From: Rhodothermaceae bacterium
GTDB lineage: Bacteria > Bacteroidota > Rhodothermia > Rhodothermales > Bin80
Direction of reading: 5' to 3'
Assembly: GCA_009841335.1 (NCBI GenBank)
Contig: VXLY01000111.1
Coordinates: 1,737 to 65,736 of the forward strand
DNA: 64,000 nucleotides
The notes under the pieces: model-generated
The model's input: the letters and a program-made list of their open reading frames with translations, nothing else
Told to the model about the DNA's origin: nothing
Database searches by the model: none
Program-made: the position numbers and the translations under genes
Shown: in pieces, positions 1 through 9,900 of the stretch
How the letters are laid out: each line of letters begins with the position of its first letter
Position numbering within the stretch: the stretch's first letter is position 1

Positions 1-45
1 CTCCGTCCTTTCCGGAAATGTGCCCTCACATTTTGTTGTCCGGTC

Positions 46-2661
46 ATGTCCACTCACAGCCATAGAACCTCAGATGTATTCTCCGTTCTATTCCTTTCGA
101 GCCGATCCCTTAAGGGGGTGCTCTCATGCAGATTGTCACATTTTTGTTCTCTGGTAGCGTTTCTGTCTCTGCTTCTACCCGGTCTGGTTCTCGCACAGGT
201 GTCAGAGCATGCGTCGTCCAAGGAAGTGGAATTCGAGAAGGAACGGGGATGGGAGGAGAATATAACTTCAACCAGGGCGGCTCCTTATCAGGATGACAGG
301 ATCCGGGAGGAGCGTTTCCGGCTAGAGTCCGAAGCATTCGGGCTCGTTCATGACAGATTGTGGTCAGAAATGCCTGTGGACAGAATTTCATTGGTGAAAC
401 CGGTCGCACATATGAGCATGAATATTTGTGATCGGACGGCGGTGGTCATGGATGCGATCATAAGTCGAATCTCCGCTACAAATGACTGTTCCGAAGTTAC
501 GAGTACTCAATTGGCGGCCATCACGGATACCCTGGATTTATCCTGGGAAAACATCTCAAGCCTGAAGGCAGGAGATTTTGATGGTCTGGTCTCGCTGACT
601 GGGCTTGATTTGAGAGCTAACGATTTGTCTACGCTCCCCGCCGGCCTCTTTGGTGAACTGACCTCGCTGGCGGGGCTTGTTTTACTGGGCAACAATCTGT
701 CCACACTCCCCGACGGCATCTTTGATGAACTGTCCTCGCTGACTTGGCTTTCGTTGTCCAGCAACGATTTGTTCACGCTCCCTGCCGACCTCTTTGATGA
801 ACTGACCTCGCTGACTGTGCTCTCGTTGTCCAGTAACGATTTGTCTACGCTCCCTGCCGGTATCTTTGATGAATTGACCTCGCTGACTGGGCTCTGGTTG
901 TCCCGCAACGATTTGTCCATGCTCCCCGCCGGCCTCTTTGATGAACTGACCTCACTGACTTGGCTTTGGTTGAGTAACAACGAATTGTCCACGCTCCCCG
1001 TCGGCCTCTTTGATGAAATGAGCTCGCTGGATCTGCTTGACTTGGGTAGCAATCGTCTGTCCACACTACCCGATGGCGTCTTTGATGAATTGGCCTTGTT
1101 GACTGAGCTCGAGTTGTGGCAAAATGATTTGTCCACACTCTCCGCTGGCATCTTTGATAAACTGACCTCACTGACTTGGCTTGGTCTACTGAGCAACGAT
1201 TTGTCCACGCTCCCCGCCGGCCTATTTGATGAACTGACTTCGCTGAGAAGGCTCAATTTGAGGCGAAACGACTTGTCTACGCTCCCCGCTGGCCTCTTTG
1301 ATAAACTGACCTCGCTGACTTGGCTTGATTTGGGGCAAAACGATTTGTCTACGCTTCCAGACGGCCTCTTTGATGAAGTGACCTCGCTGACTTCGCTTAG
1401 TTTAGGGGACAATGATTTGTCCACGCTTCCCGACGGCATTTTTGATAAACTGACTTCGCTGACTGGGCTATTTTTGTACACTAACAATTTGTCCACACTC
1501 CCCACCGGTGTTTTTGATGAACTGACCTCGCTGACTCGGCTTTGGCTGCAGGCCAACGATTTGTCCACGCTGCCCGACGGCCTATTTGATGAACTTACCT
1601 TGCTGACTGAGCTTGGTTTAGAGGACAACGATTTATCCACGCTCCCCGCCGGTCTCTTTGACGAATTGACATCGTTGACTTGGCTTTCGTTGAACAGCAA
1701 CGATTTGTTCACGCTCCCCGCCGGTCTTTTTGATGAACTGACCTCGCTGACTCGGCTTTGGTTGGACGCCAATGATTTGTCCATGCTGCCCGCCGGCCTG
1801 TTTGATGAACTGACGTCGCTGACTTTGCTTGGTTTATCGGACAACGATTTTTCCACGCTGCCCGACGGCCTCTTTGATGAACTGACCGCGCTGACTGAAC
1901 TTAGTTTATCGAATAACGATTTGTCCACTCTCCCCGACGGCCTCTTTGATGAACTTATCGAATTACCCCTGAAAGCTTTCCCATCCTCAATAGGCTTATC
2001 TCTGGAAGCTAACCCCGGTGCCCCGTTCAGTCCGGTAGTCAACGCGGGTGCAGATATGACGGTACAGCCGGGGGCTGCGGTTTCGATTCCAGGCAGTGTC
2101 ACAGGGCCGTGGGGGGATTTTGTTCGGTGGGACTGGATTCAGGTAGACGGCCCTGATTCAGATGTAGCAGTCACGGGGGCGTTGCCCTTGACGGGCGGCG
2201 ACACGGCGATGCCTAGCTTTACGGCGCCCACGGCGGAAGGAGAACTGTACTTTAAGTTGGTAGTGGCTCCCGCGCGTCAGGGACAGCCCACTGAGTACTA
2301 CGGACATGCGTACTCAGCCCCCGATTGGGTTACGGTTACGGTTACGGGTACGCCTACCAACACATCGATGACGCCTTCAGTGGTCGACTTCAATCTGCTT
2401 GGAAATTATCCCAACCCCTTCAATCCGTCCACGACCATTCTACTGGATTTGCCGCAAGTGGCGGTCGTAATTGTCGATCTCTTCAATGTGCTTGGCCAGC
2501 AGGTCCATCGGGAGGAGTTTCCGGCAGTGGCGGCCGGTGCTTCAAAGCCACTGACCCTGGATGTGTCCCACCTGTCCTCCGGGGCATACATCTATCAGGT
2601 CACGGCGCGAATGGGGAAGGACATTCATCGTGCTGGTGGACGCATGACGCTCATCAAATAG
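46..2661 (+). CDS. Secreted leucine-rich-repeat (LRR) protein with Ig-like spacer and T9SS C-terminal sorting domain
   Basis: 871-aa ORF. Signal-like hydrophobic segment LVAFLSLLLPGLVLAQ; an in-frame GTG at 118 would give a more conventional signal peptide. About 20 consecutive 24-aa units LFDELTSLTxLxLxxNDLSTLPxG. The C-terminus (NYPNPFNPSTTI...GAYIYQV...) fits the type-A T9SS CTD pattern. Confidence 0.85.
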   Translation: MSTHSHRTSDVFSVLFLSSRSLKGVLSCRLSHFCSLVAFLSLLLPGLVLAQVSEHASSKEVEFEKERGWEENITSTRAAPYQDDRIREERFRLESEAFGLVHDRLWSEMPVDRISLVKPVAHMSMNICDRTAVVMDAIISRISATNDCSEVTSTQLAAITDTLDLSWENISSLKAGDFDGLVSLTGLDLRANDLSTLPAGLFGELTSLAGLVLLGNNLSTLPDGIFDELSSLTWLSLSSNDLFTLPADLFDELTSLTVLSLSSNDLSTLPAGIFDELTSLTGLWLSRNDLSMLPAGLFDELTSLTWLWLSNNELSTLPVGLFDEMSSLDLLDLGSNRLSTLPDGVFDELALLTELELWQNDLSTLSAGIFDKLTSLTWLGLLSNDLSTLPAGLFDELTSLRRLNLRRNDLSTLPAGLFDKLTSLTWLDLGQNDLSTLPDGLFDEVTSLTSLSLGDNDLSTLPDGIFDKLTSLTGLFLYTNNLSTLPTGVFDELTSLTRLWLQANDLSTLPDGLFDELTLLTELGLEDNDLSTLPAGLFDELTSLTWLSLNSNDLFTLPAGLFDELTSLTRLWLDANDLSMLPAGLFDELTSLTLLGLSDNDFSTLPDGLFDELTALTELSLSNNDLSTLPDGLFDELIELPLKAFPSSIGLSLEANPGAPFSPVVNAGADMTVQPGAAVSIPGSVTGPWGDFVRWDWIQVDGPDSDVAVTGALPLTGGDTAMPSFTAPTAEGELYFKLVVAPARQGQPTEYYGHAYSAPDWVTVTVTGTPTNTSMTPSVVDFNLLGNYPNPFNPSTTILLDLPQVAVVIVDLFNVLGQQVHREEFPAVAAGASKPLTLDVSHLSSGAYIYQVTARMGKDIHRAGGRMTLIK
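560..1965 (+). repeat. Tandem array of about 20 x 72-bp LRR-coding units (boundaries approximate)
   Basis: Strings such as ctctttgatgaactgacctcgctgact and aacgatttgtccacgctccccgccggc recur at 72-nt period, with stretches of 25 nt or more identical between units. Confidence 0.9.
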
Positions 2662-2961
2662 AGCCAATTGTGTGCCTGACAGAATAAGTTTTTAATCATG
2701 GGATATTACGGTGAATCGGATGACTGGGGGCAGGCTGCGTCCTTATTTATGGCTTCTGTCAGGATTTAGCGCATATAGAAGGCGATCATCGCGTAGGCGC
2801 AGTCAGATAGGAGGCGTAGTGATTTTGCGAATTTGAGGGTAATTTCGGTTACGATGAAGAATATTGTCGTTTGGCACAAAATCCTTCATTGGGCGTTCAT
2901 TACAGCCCCGTGGTAAAGGTGGCAACTAAGCGGTTATTGCGTTGCAGTTTGATAAATCACC

Positions 2962-3966
2962 ATGCTGGCTTCACAGGACGTCCTCAGCAGCCGATTAGAG
3001 CAAATTGGATTTATTGATGATCCGGTAGATACAGGACTGGATCTATATGAGGAAATTGAGCGCCTGAAACGAGAAAAGAATGCTGTGCTGTTAGCACATT
3101 ACTATCAGGAGCCGGCGATTCAGGATGTTGCTGATTTTATTGGGGACTCGTTGGGACTCTCTCGCCAAGCAGCAGCAACCGAAGCGGAAATCATTGTGTT
3201 CGCAGGGGTTCATTTCATGGCTGAAACGGCCAAGATACTGAACCCGCACAAGAAGGTGCTACTCCCGGATTTGAATGCGGGATGTTCTCTGGCAGATACC
3301 TGCCCGGCGGATGAGTTTCAAGCCTTTTGTGACGCGCATACCGACCATCTGGTAATGTCCTACATCAACTGCTCTGCTGCCGTAAAGGCCAGGAGTGACA
3401 TTATCTGTACCTCCACTAATGCAGAGCATTTGCTGCGATTGATACCCGAATCCCAGCCGGTCATTTTTGCGCCAGATCGTAATCTGGGTCGCTGGCTTGA
3501 GCGGAAAATCGGACGTAACCTCGTCATTTGGGATGGGGTATGTATTGTACATGAAACGTTCAGCGAACGCAAATTGGTAGCCTTGAAGGTGAAGTTTCCC
3601 GAAGCGCAGATCTTGGCGCACCCAGAGTGCGAAGAGGCAGTTCTTCGACATGCAGACTTTGTAGGTTCAACCAGCGGAATCCGGCGATATGCCCGTGAAG
3701 ATGCAGGGAATTCGTTTATAATTGCAACGGAAGAGGGGATTCTGCACCAGATGCGTAAGGATTCGCCGCACAAGTATTTTATTCCAGCTCCCCCAGAAAG
3801 CGGGTGCAATTGCAGCCAGTGCCCGCATATGCGTCTCAACACACTCGAAAAGCTCTATACGTGCATGCGTTACGAGCTCCCGGAAATCACTATGGAGGAG
3901 TCCATTCGCCGGCGTGCGCTCAAGCCGATTGAGCGCATGATCGAAATGAGCAAGGACGTCTCGTAG
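2962..3966 (+). CDS. nadA: Quinolinate synthase
   Basis: 334 aa. NadA-type N-terminus ([33 protein letters not shown]) and spaced Cys residues for the Fe-S cluster. Confidence 0.93.
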   Translation: MLASQDVLSSRLEQIGFIDDPVDTGLDLYEEIERLKREKNAVLLAHYYQEPAIQDVADFIGDSLGLSRQAAATEAEIIVFAGVHFMAETAKILNPHKKVLLPDLNAGCSLADTCPADEFQAFCDAHTDHLVMSYINCSAAVKARSDIICTSTNAEHLLRLIPESQPVIFAPDRNLGRWLERKIGRNLVIWDGVCIVHETFSERKLVALKVKFPEAQILAHPECEEAVLRHADFVGSTSGIRRYAREDAGNSFIIATEEGILHQMRKDSPHKYFIPAPPESGCNCSQCPHMRLNTLEKLYTCMRYELPEITMEESIRRRALKPIERMIEMSKDVS

Positions 3967-3967
3967 G

Positions 3968-5254
3968 TCACAGGTTTACGCGAATACCGACCAAGGGCTC
4001 AAATCTCTTCTGAACCAGGTAGTGAGGGCTGGACTCAATGGGTTCAAAGGTATACCGGGCCTCCGTGTGCAGGAAGAATGCTTTTCTGATGTGTAAGGTG
4101 GTTGCAAACGTGAGTCCACTTTGTTCAGCGAAGGGATTGAAGATGCCTAGGAAGGTACGCTCTCCCAGGCGGTCAACACCGACTTCAAGAATGAAGTAGG
4201 GCCCTCGCTTTACAAAGAGTCTGAAGTGCAATTCGCTGAGAGGTTGAGGGCCAAAGTGCCTGCGCCAGCTGTATTCGACCCAGAACGACTCCCTGATCTG
4301 AAGGGAGAACGCTGTAAGCAGGTCATTTACTCCCCGCGCCTCCCCAAGGGTAATACCTGCGAAGTCATCCTGTGCAAGGTCGTCAAGGTCAGCCCCATTG
4401 CGAATAATTCGGTTGTGTGAGTTGCTTACAGCAAATAGCTGTCCGACATATCCTGGAATAAAGTGACGGCTATTGTAGAAGGCCCCAATTCTGAGATTGA
4501 AGCTTAACAGATCCAGGAAGCCTGCGCTATGCACATCAGCGCCAAAGGCAAGACCGTCTCCGTGTCGTGTGTACCAGGCATAACTTGCATATGGGGCAAA
4601 CACAATTCGGCCTGTCTCAAACACGGCAACCTGCAAATCAATGCTCCAGGCTGTCAGATCGGTACGATTATGGTTGGTGTAATTAATACCAAGCTTACTG
4701 TCATACGGCAGCTCAAGACTTGCTCTTCCCCCAAATACATTGTTCAGGCGAACATCACTACTGAAACCACTGACCTCAACCGGTCCTCCAGTCCAGGCCA
4801 ACTCGGTACCCACAGTACGCATATCCCAGGAAATTGACGAATTATAGTGATTCACGATATGCCCGATACCAAGCCGCATATCTTTAATTGGACCGAGCCG
4901 GACGTACAGATTATCGGTCCGAATACGAGCAAACTGGATGATTCGCAGGAGATCGTATGCTTCGTCCCAGTCTGGGGTATAACGTCCGAGGGGTCCCTGT
5001 CTCATGCTCCCGCGCAGTCTCCCCGCAAAGGGATAGTCAGCAAAATCCCAATTCAACAACACAAGTCCCCTCCATTGGGCACCAATCAACGATACGCCCG
5101 CCAATGCGTTGAACCGGTTTTGCGTTTGCCAGCGTTGGTGCACGAGCTTTTCGGATAGACTATTAATCGCTCCAAAACCGTCCTGCGCACGGCTTTTCGT
5201 AAAAGGGCAGACTACTGACAGGAACAGAAAACTGTACAGACAAATATGCCGCAT
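3968..5254 (-). CDS. Hypothetical secreted/outer-membrane protein (putative beta-barrel)
   Basis: The ORF extends to 5302. The ATG at 5254 gives the signal peptide MRHICLYSFLFLSVVCPFTKSRAQ. Alternating hydrophobic/aromatic composition throughout. No family recognised. Confidence 0.6.
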   Translation of the reverse strand: MRHICLYSFLFLSVVCPFTKSRAQDGFGAINSLSEKLVHQRWQTQNRFNALAGVSLIGAQWRGLVLLNWDFADYPFAGRLRGSMRQGPLGRYTPDWDEAYDLLRIIQFARIRTDNLYVRLGPIKDMRLGIGHIVNHYNSSISWDMRTVGTELAWTGGPVEVSGFSSDVRLNNVFGGRASLELPYDSKLGINYTNHNRTDLTAWSIDLQVAVFETGRIVFAPYASYAWYTRHGDGLAFGADVHSAGFLDLLSFNLRIGAFYNSRHFIPGYVGQLFAVSNSHNRIIRNGADLDDLAQDDFAGITLGEARGVNDLLTAFSLQIRESFWVEYSWRRHFGPQPLSELHFRLFVKRGPYFILEVGVDRLGERTFLGIFNPFAEQSGLTFATTLHIRKAFFLHTEARYTFEPIESSPHYLVQKRFEPLVGIRVNL

Positions 5255-5313
5255 GTTAACTTGAGAGTTAAATCTGCAGGAATCACACTGCTGTGCTCTC
5301 ATACGAGCCGATC

Positions 5314-5958
5314 ATGAGTTTGAGTATACCAAATAGACTCGGACTTTTCTTCCTGGAATCGACATTGTATCCAGGAGAGAAAAAATTTCTGCATGTCTTC
5401 GAAAAACGCTACCGAAAACTGGTGGACAATTGTCTGGCCAGCCATGGGCTGTTTGTAATTGTATGGGAGGATGACAATAAAGTAAAAGAGATTGGTTGCA
5501 TTGCTCGCGTCAAACGTGTGCTGGCGCGCTACGAAGGAGGAGAACTTGATATCGAGGTTGAAGGGATTCGTCGGGTAAAGGTCTATATGATAGACGAGGC
5601 CGCATTTTATCGGCAAGGATACTTGGACCCATATAACGACACGGTTGAAGCGGGAGCATCCCCGGAAGGAGAGCGGCTGATTGCCCAGCATATCAAACTT
5701 CTGGAAATCATTGGCGCAAACATCAATCCCCAGTACTATCAGTCCAATCATCCCTTATCGTGGCTCATTGGACGCAATTGCGGCCTATCGCTTCCTCAGC
5801 GTCAGGATTTACTTGAAATGCAAAGTGAAGCGGATCGTGTGATGTTTTTAATTGACTATCTGTCTGAATTTATTCCCAAGGTTGAACGGAATGCGAAGAA
5901 GCAAATGCACATAATGTCGAATGGCCACGCTAAGGACTTCCTGAACGGAGAACACTAA
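5314..5958 (+). CDS. LON N-terminal (substrate-binding) domain protein
   Basis: LGLFFLESTLYPGEKKFLHVFEKRYRKL matches the Lon N-domain opening motif (PLFPL..PG..L.IFE.RY). The ORF opens at GTG 5293; the ATG at 5314 is preferred. Confidence 0.7.
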   Translation: MSLSIPNRLGLFFLESTLYPGEKKFLHVFEKRYRKLVDNCLASHGLFVIVWEDDNKVKEIGCIARVKRVLARYEGGELDIEVEGIRRVKVYMIDEAAFYRQGYLDPYNDTVEAGASPEGERLIAQHIKLLEIIGANINPQYYQSNHPLSWLIGRNCGLSLPQRQDLLEMQSEADRVMFLIDYLSEFIPKVERNAKKQMHIMSNGHAKDFLNGEH

Positions 5959-5963
5959 ACACG

Positions 5964-6815
5964 ATGCCGCAAATCGGTCCATATACGTTGCATACTGTCG
6001 AATGTGGCCGTTTCAGGTTGGATGGGGGTGCGATGTTTGGTATCATTCCGCGCGTATTGTGGGCAAGCAGAATGCCTCCTGATGACAGAAACAGGATTTC
6101 CATGTGCATGCGATCCCTACTCTTGGAAGGAGACGGACGTGTAATCCTGATTGATAACGGTGCAGGCAACAAGCACGATGCACGGTTCAAGGATATTTTT
6201 GCTCTTGAGGGATGTACTCTGGATGATTCTTTGAAGAAGGCCGGCTTTACTGCAGAAGATGTCACGGATGTAATTTTGACACATCTACACTTTGATCACG
6301 CAGGGGGGAGCACGACTTACGACGGAGGACGGGTTGTACCAAAATTCAAAAACGCAACCTACCATTTACAGCTGGGTCACCTAGAGAGTGCAAGAACCCC
6401 GAATGTCCGTGAACGAGCATCTTTTCTTCCGGATAATTTTGAACCGCTTGCTGCAACTGGACAGCTACTAACACATCAGGGTGAAGGGCAACTTTTTCCT
6501 GGAATTGATCTCGTGGTAGTTAATGGCCATACGACTGCTCAGCAATTGGTCAGGATCAGCGGCAAAGAAGGAATAGTTGTTTTTTGTGCAGATCTGCTGC
6601 CAACAGTTCATCATCTTCGTTCGCCATGGGTTATGGCATATGATGTTAGACCACTGACCACCGTGGCAGAGAAGGCACATTTTCTAGATAATGCCCTCGC
6701 TGAGCAGTGGCAGCTCTTTTTTGAACATGATCCTGAGGTAACGGTGGCAAGTTTGCAGGAAACAGAGAAGGGCATAATAACCAGTTCTCCCAGACGGCTT
6801 GAGGAACTGTTTTGA
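5964..6815 (+). CDS. MBL-fold metallo-hydrolase
   Basis: 283 aa with the HxHxDH motif (THLHFDHAGG) and downstream His/Asp ligands (VNGHT, FCADL). Confidence 0.85.
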   Translation: MPQIGPYTLHTVECGRFRLDGGAMFGIIPRVLWASRMPPDDRNRISMCMRSLLLEGDGRVILIDNGAGNKHDARFKDIFALEGCTLDDSLKKAGFTAEDVTDVILTHLHFDHAGGSTTYDGGRVVPKFKNATYHLQLGHLESARTPNVRERASFLPDNFEPLAATGQLLTHQGEGQLFPGIDLVVVNGHTTAQQLVRISGKEGIVVFCADLLPTVHHLRSPWVMAYDVRPLTTVAEKAHFLDNALAEQWQLFFEHDPEVTVASLQETEKGIITSSPRRLEELF

Positions 6816-6835
6816 GACCAGGATTCTTTGAAACA

Positions 6836-6851
6836 TCCGAAGTTTTTCGGA
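6836..6851 (+). terminator. Weak hairpin after the MBL gene (possible terminator)
   Basis: TCCGAA-gttt-TTCGGA, a perfect 6-bp stem, lies 21 nt after the stop. There is no U-tract, so support is weak. Confidence 0.25.
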
Positions 6852-6954
6852 GTAGACGCGATTCACTTTTCCCAGCGAAAATTCCCATTGCCCAAAGTTA
6901 CCAAGTGTATACGCAGGAACACCTTAGGCTGTAACTGCTCAATAACTTATTAGC

Positions 6955-9900
6955 GTGCAATCTTGGCAATTATCTGGACCAGTGAACCGGGTAAGGATTT
7001 TCGGAACGTTGTATTTGTCAGTACTGGCTGCTATTTGTGCACCGGCTGCTGCGCAAGATGCTACCCTTGAGCTCATAGATTCTACGCTTGGCCGCAGTGT
7101 CTATCAACTGAGTGCAGAATGGGGAGATGCTGAAGTGGATGTAGGTGGGCTCCTGGAGTCCTCGGTGGTCTTGGATCTTCCAGCCCTGGTACAGCCCAGT
7201 GTTCGCGTTTTGGAAGCAGAGTACGATGAGTACTCATTTGAGCCAGTCAAGGGCGTCGGTGAAGAGGCTGCCGTTGTCGTTGGTCTTGGACTATCGCGAA
7301 AGCGGCCGGCTGCCACATTAGTGGCACGTCTTGTAACCTATGATTCAACATCTGCAAAACTGCGGCGCTACAGGCACATGCGAATTGAGGTGATACATCC
7401 GGTTTATCAGCAGGTGCCCACCAGCTACGAGACCTCGGATAACCCACACCTCGATGTTAGTCGAAGTGTGCTCGCGGATGGGCAGTTTTTTAAGCTTGCA
7501 GTTTCAGAGACAGGGGTATATCGGATTGATCGCACTTTTCTTGAATCTTTACCAGGGCTGGATACGCCAGTTGGCAGTATAGATCCAGATCAAGTCAGGA
7601 TATTTGGTAATGGAGGGGCACCGGTCCCCGCCCTTAACAGTGCGCCCAGGATTGCGGATTTAGCAGAAAATCAGGTATTTGTGCAGGGGGGTGGGGACGG
7701 TAGTTTTGATGCCGCTGATGCGGTCTGGTTCTATGCCCAGGGTCCGAGTGGATGGCAAAGTAGGCAGCTAACAGGCTTCAGGGGCAGACCAATTCTAGAT
7801 CCGAGCGGAGAACCCGTACGCGAGTGGTCCCATTATGTGCATCCGTTTGATTCAACGAACTATTACTTTTTGAGCATTGGGAGTTCGACAAGCGAAACCT
7901 ATCTGCAGGAAGATTATCCTGATGCCGCAGACACAGTTCTGCTCTCCGAAATCACGGGACGCTACTTTGTAGATCTGGACGAGTACTTGTGGGGGCGGGA
8001 AGGGGGCCATTCCGGTCATACCTGGGTCAGTGCGCTTATACCTGGACCTGGGCCGGGACGTACGGTATTCGAAAACTTTCAGCTTCCCGGGCTGACCGGA
8101 GGTACATTGCATTATCAAATCCGAGCAGCTATTCAAAGCAATCCTGCCGCGACCCTGCATTACAGAGGGGATAACAGCACGTTGCACAGTGTTAACTACG
8201 GAGCCAGTTCGGGACTTTCTACATCTATAATTGCACGGTCGGGGATTGCGGATTTCACGCAAACGGTTACCGCTGGTCAGCAGATCAGCCTCACAGTTGA
8301 TCTGGATGACCAAGCCGGTGGCCCCCTGGCGGCTTTGGATTGGGTTCGGATATTTTATCCCAAAACACTCCAGGCAGATCAGCAACCCGTGAGATTTCAT
8401 ACACCATTAGCTGAAGCAGGGACGTTCACATTTGTGCTTCGCGGCTTTTCTTCCCCGCCATTTGTACTGGATATAACCCAACCTGGGGATTATCGCTGGC
8501 TGGGTCTTAGTTCGCGGGGGGGCGAGTATTGGGCACAGGTGACGGCCGCGTCAGCGGATGAGCCCCGGGAGTTGATCGCCTTCACGTCTAATCAAGTTCG
8601 GACTCTGGATGCCACCGAAGCATGTGGTCCTGAATGCAGGGTTACTCCGCAGAACCTCCATGGCATTCAGGCGTGGCCCGACTTTGTGATTATCACTCCC
8701 AATCAGTTTATTCAGCAGTCAAATGCGTTGGCCGATCGTCGTCGTGCAGAAGGACTAACGGTTGAAGTGGTTGATGTACAACAGATTTATAATGAGTTTT
8801 CGGGGGGACTGCAGGATGTGCGTGGCATCAGGGATTACCTGAAGTTTCTTTATGACCGCAGCCCAGATGAAGAACGCCTGTTGCGGTATGTGCTTCTTTT
8901 TGGTGACGGCCACTTTGACTACCGAAATCTTGATGCTTCCGCCACGTTCCCGAATCATATTCCTCCATTCGAGACAGAGGATTCCTGGGACCCCGAACGG
9001 TCCTACACATCAGACGATTACTACGGGCTGCTCGATGATAATGAAGGGTTATGGCCTTATATCCAGAAAACTTTCCAGGACCCATATGCCCACTTGAACG
9101 AGCGCGTAGATTTAGGGATTGGGCGCTTTACGGTACATACCGAAGAAGAAGCTCAATTGATGATTGATAAAATTGTGCACTATGAAAGCCCGAACACATA
9201 TGGTCAATGGCGAAACCGATACCTGTTTCTGGCAGATGATGGTCCAACGGGAATATCTGGCACACAAAATGACAAGGACCTTCATACACAAAATACCGAT
9301 GTGGTTGCAGTTGCAGTGGCGAAGCTTGCGCCAGATGTAAACCAGCGTAAAGTGTATGCACTTTCGTACACCAGAGAATTCCTCAACACCTGGCGCGTTC
9401 CGAAAGCGCGCCAAGATCTGCTATTAGCGATTGATGAGGGCGTTCTCGTTGTGAACTATAGTGGTCATGGAGGCGAGCGGTCGCTTGCGCAGGAAAATCT
9501 TTTTACTGTTGAGGACTCCAGATCCCTCCAGAATTATGATAGACTGCCGATATTCATTACCGCAACCTGTTCCTTCGGTCGATGGGATTTGGGAAATGAG
9601 CAGACCGGTGCAGAAGAGTTGCTTCTAAATCGAAATGGTGGGGCGATTGCCCTCCTGACAACGGTACGTCAAGTATACACTTCCGGGACTGCGACCACAC
9701 TTAATGTTGGACTGAATGTGGCCCTGAACGAAGAGCTCTTTAAACGGGAAGCCGATCAGTTGTTACCTCGGATTGGAGATGCGCTTCGTCGAACCAAGAA
9801 CAGACGTGTGGGCTACGAGGGTAACAACCGCAAATTCAATCTTCTGGGAGATCCTACATTGCGGCCTGGCTTACCCGCCAGTCGTGCCGTTGTTACGCAT

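Noticed and set aside
507-2102. 531-aa antisense ORF, plus a 108-aa one at 845..1171, running through the LRR gene
   Set aside because: It stays open only because the 72-bp repeat lacks stop codons in that frame. Its product is a low-complexity Ser/Lys/Val periodic string that mirrors the sense-strand repeat. The sense frame has a signal peptide, LRR consensus and T9SS CTD.
46-2661. Diversity-generating retroelement (DGR) as the source of LRR variability
   Set aside because: No reverse transcriptase, template repeat or accessory gene occurs anywhere in the window. The variable residues sit in an LRR scaffold, not the C-type-lectin or Ig scaffolds used by known DGR targets.
2325-2687. 120-aa alternative-frame ORF over the 3' end of the LRR gene
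   Set aside because: It overlaps the well-supported CTD-encoding frame. It has Gly/Tyr-rich, low-information composition and no motifs.
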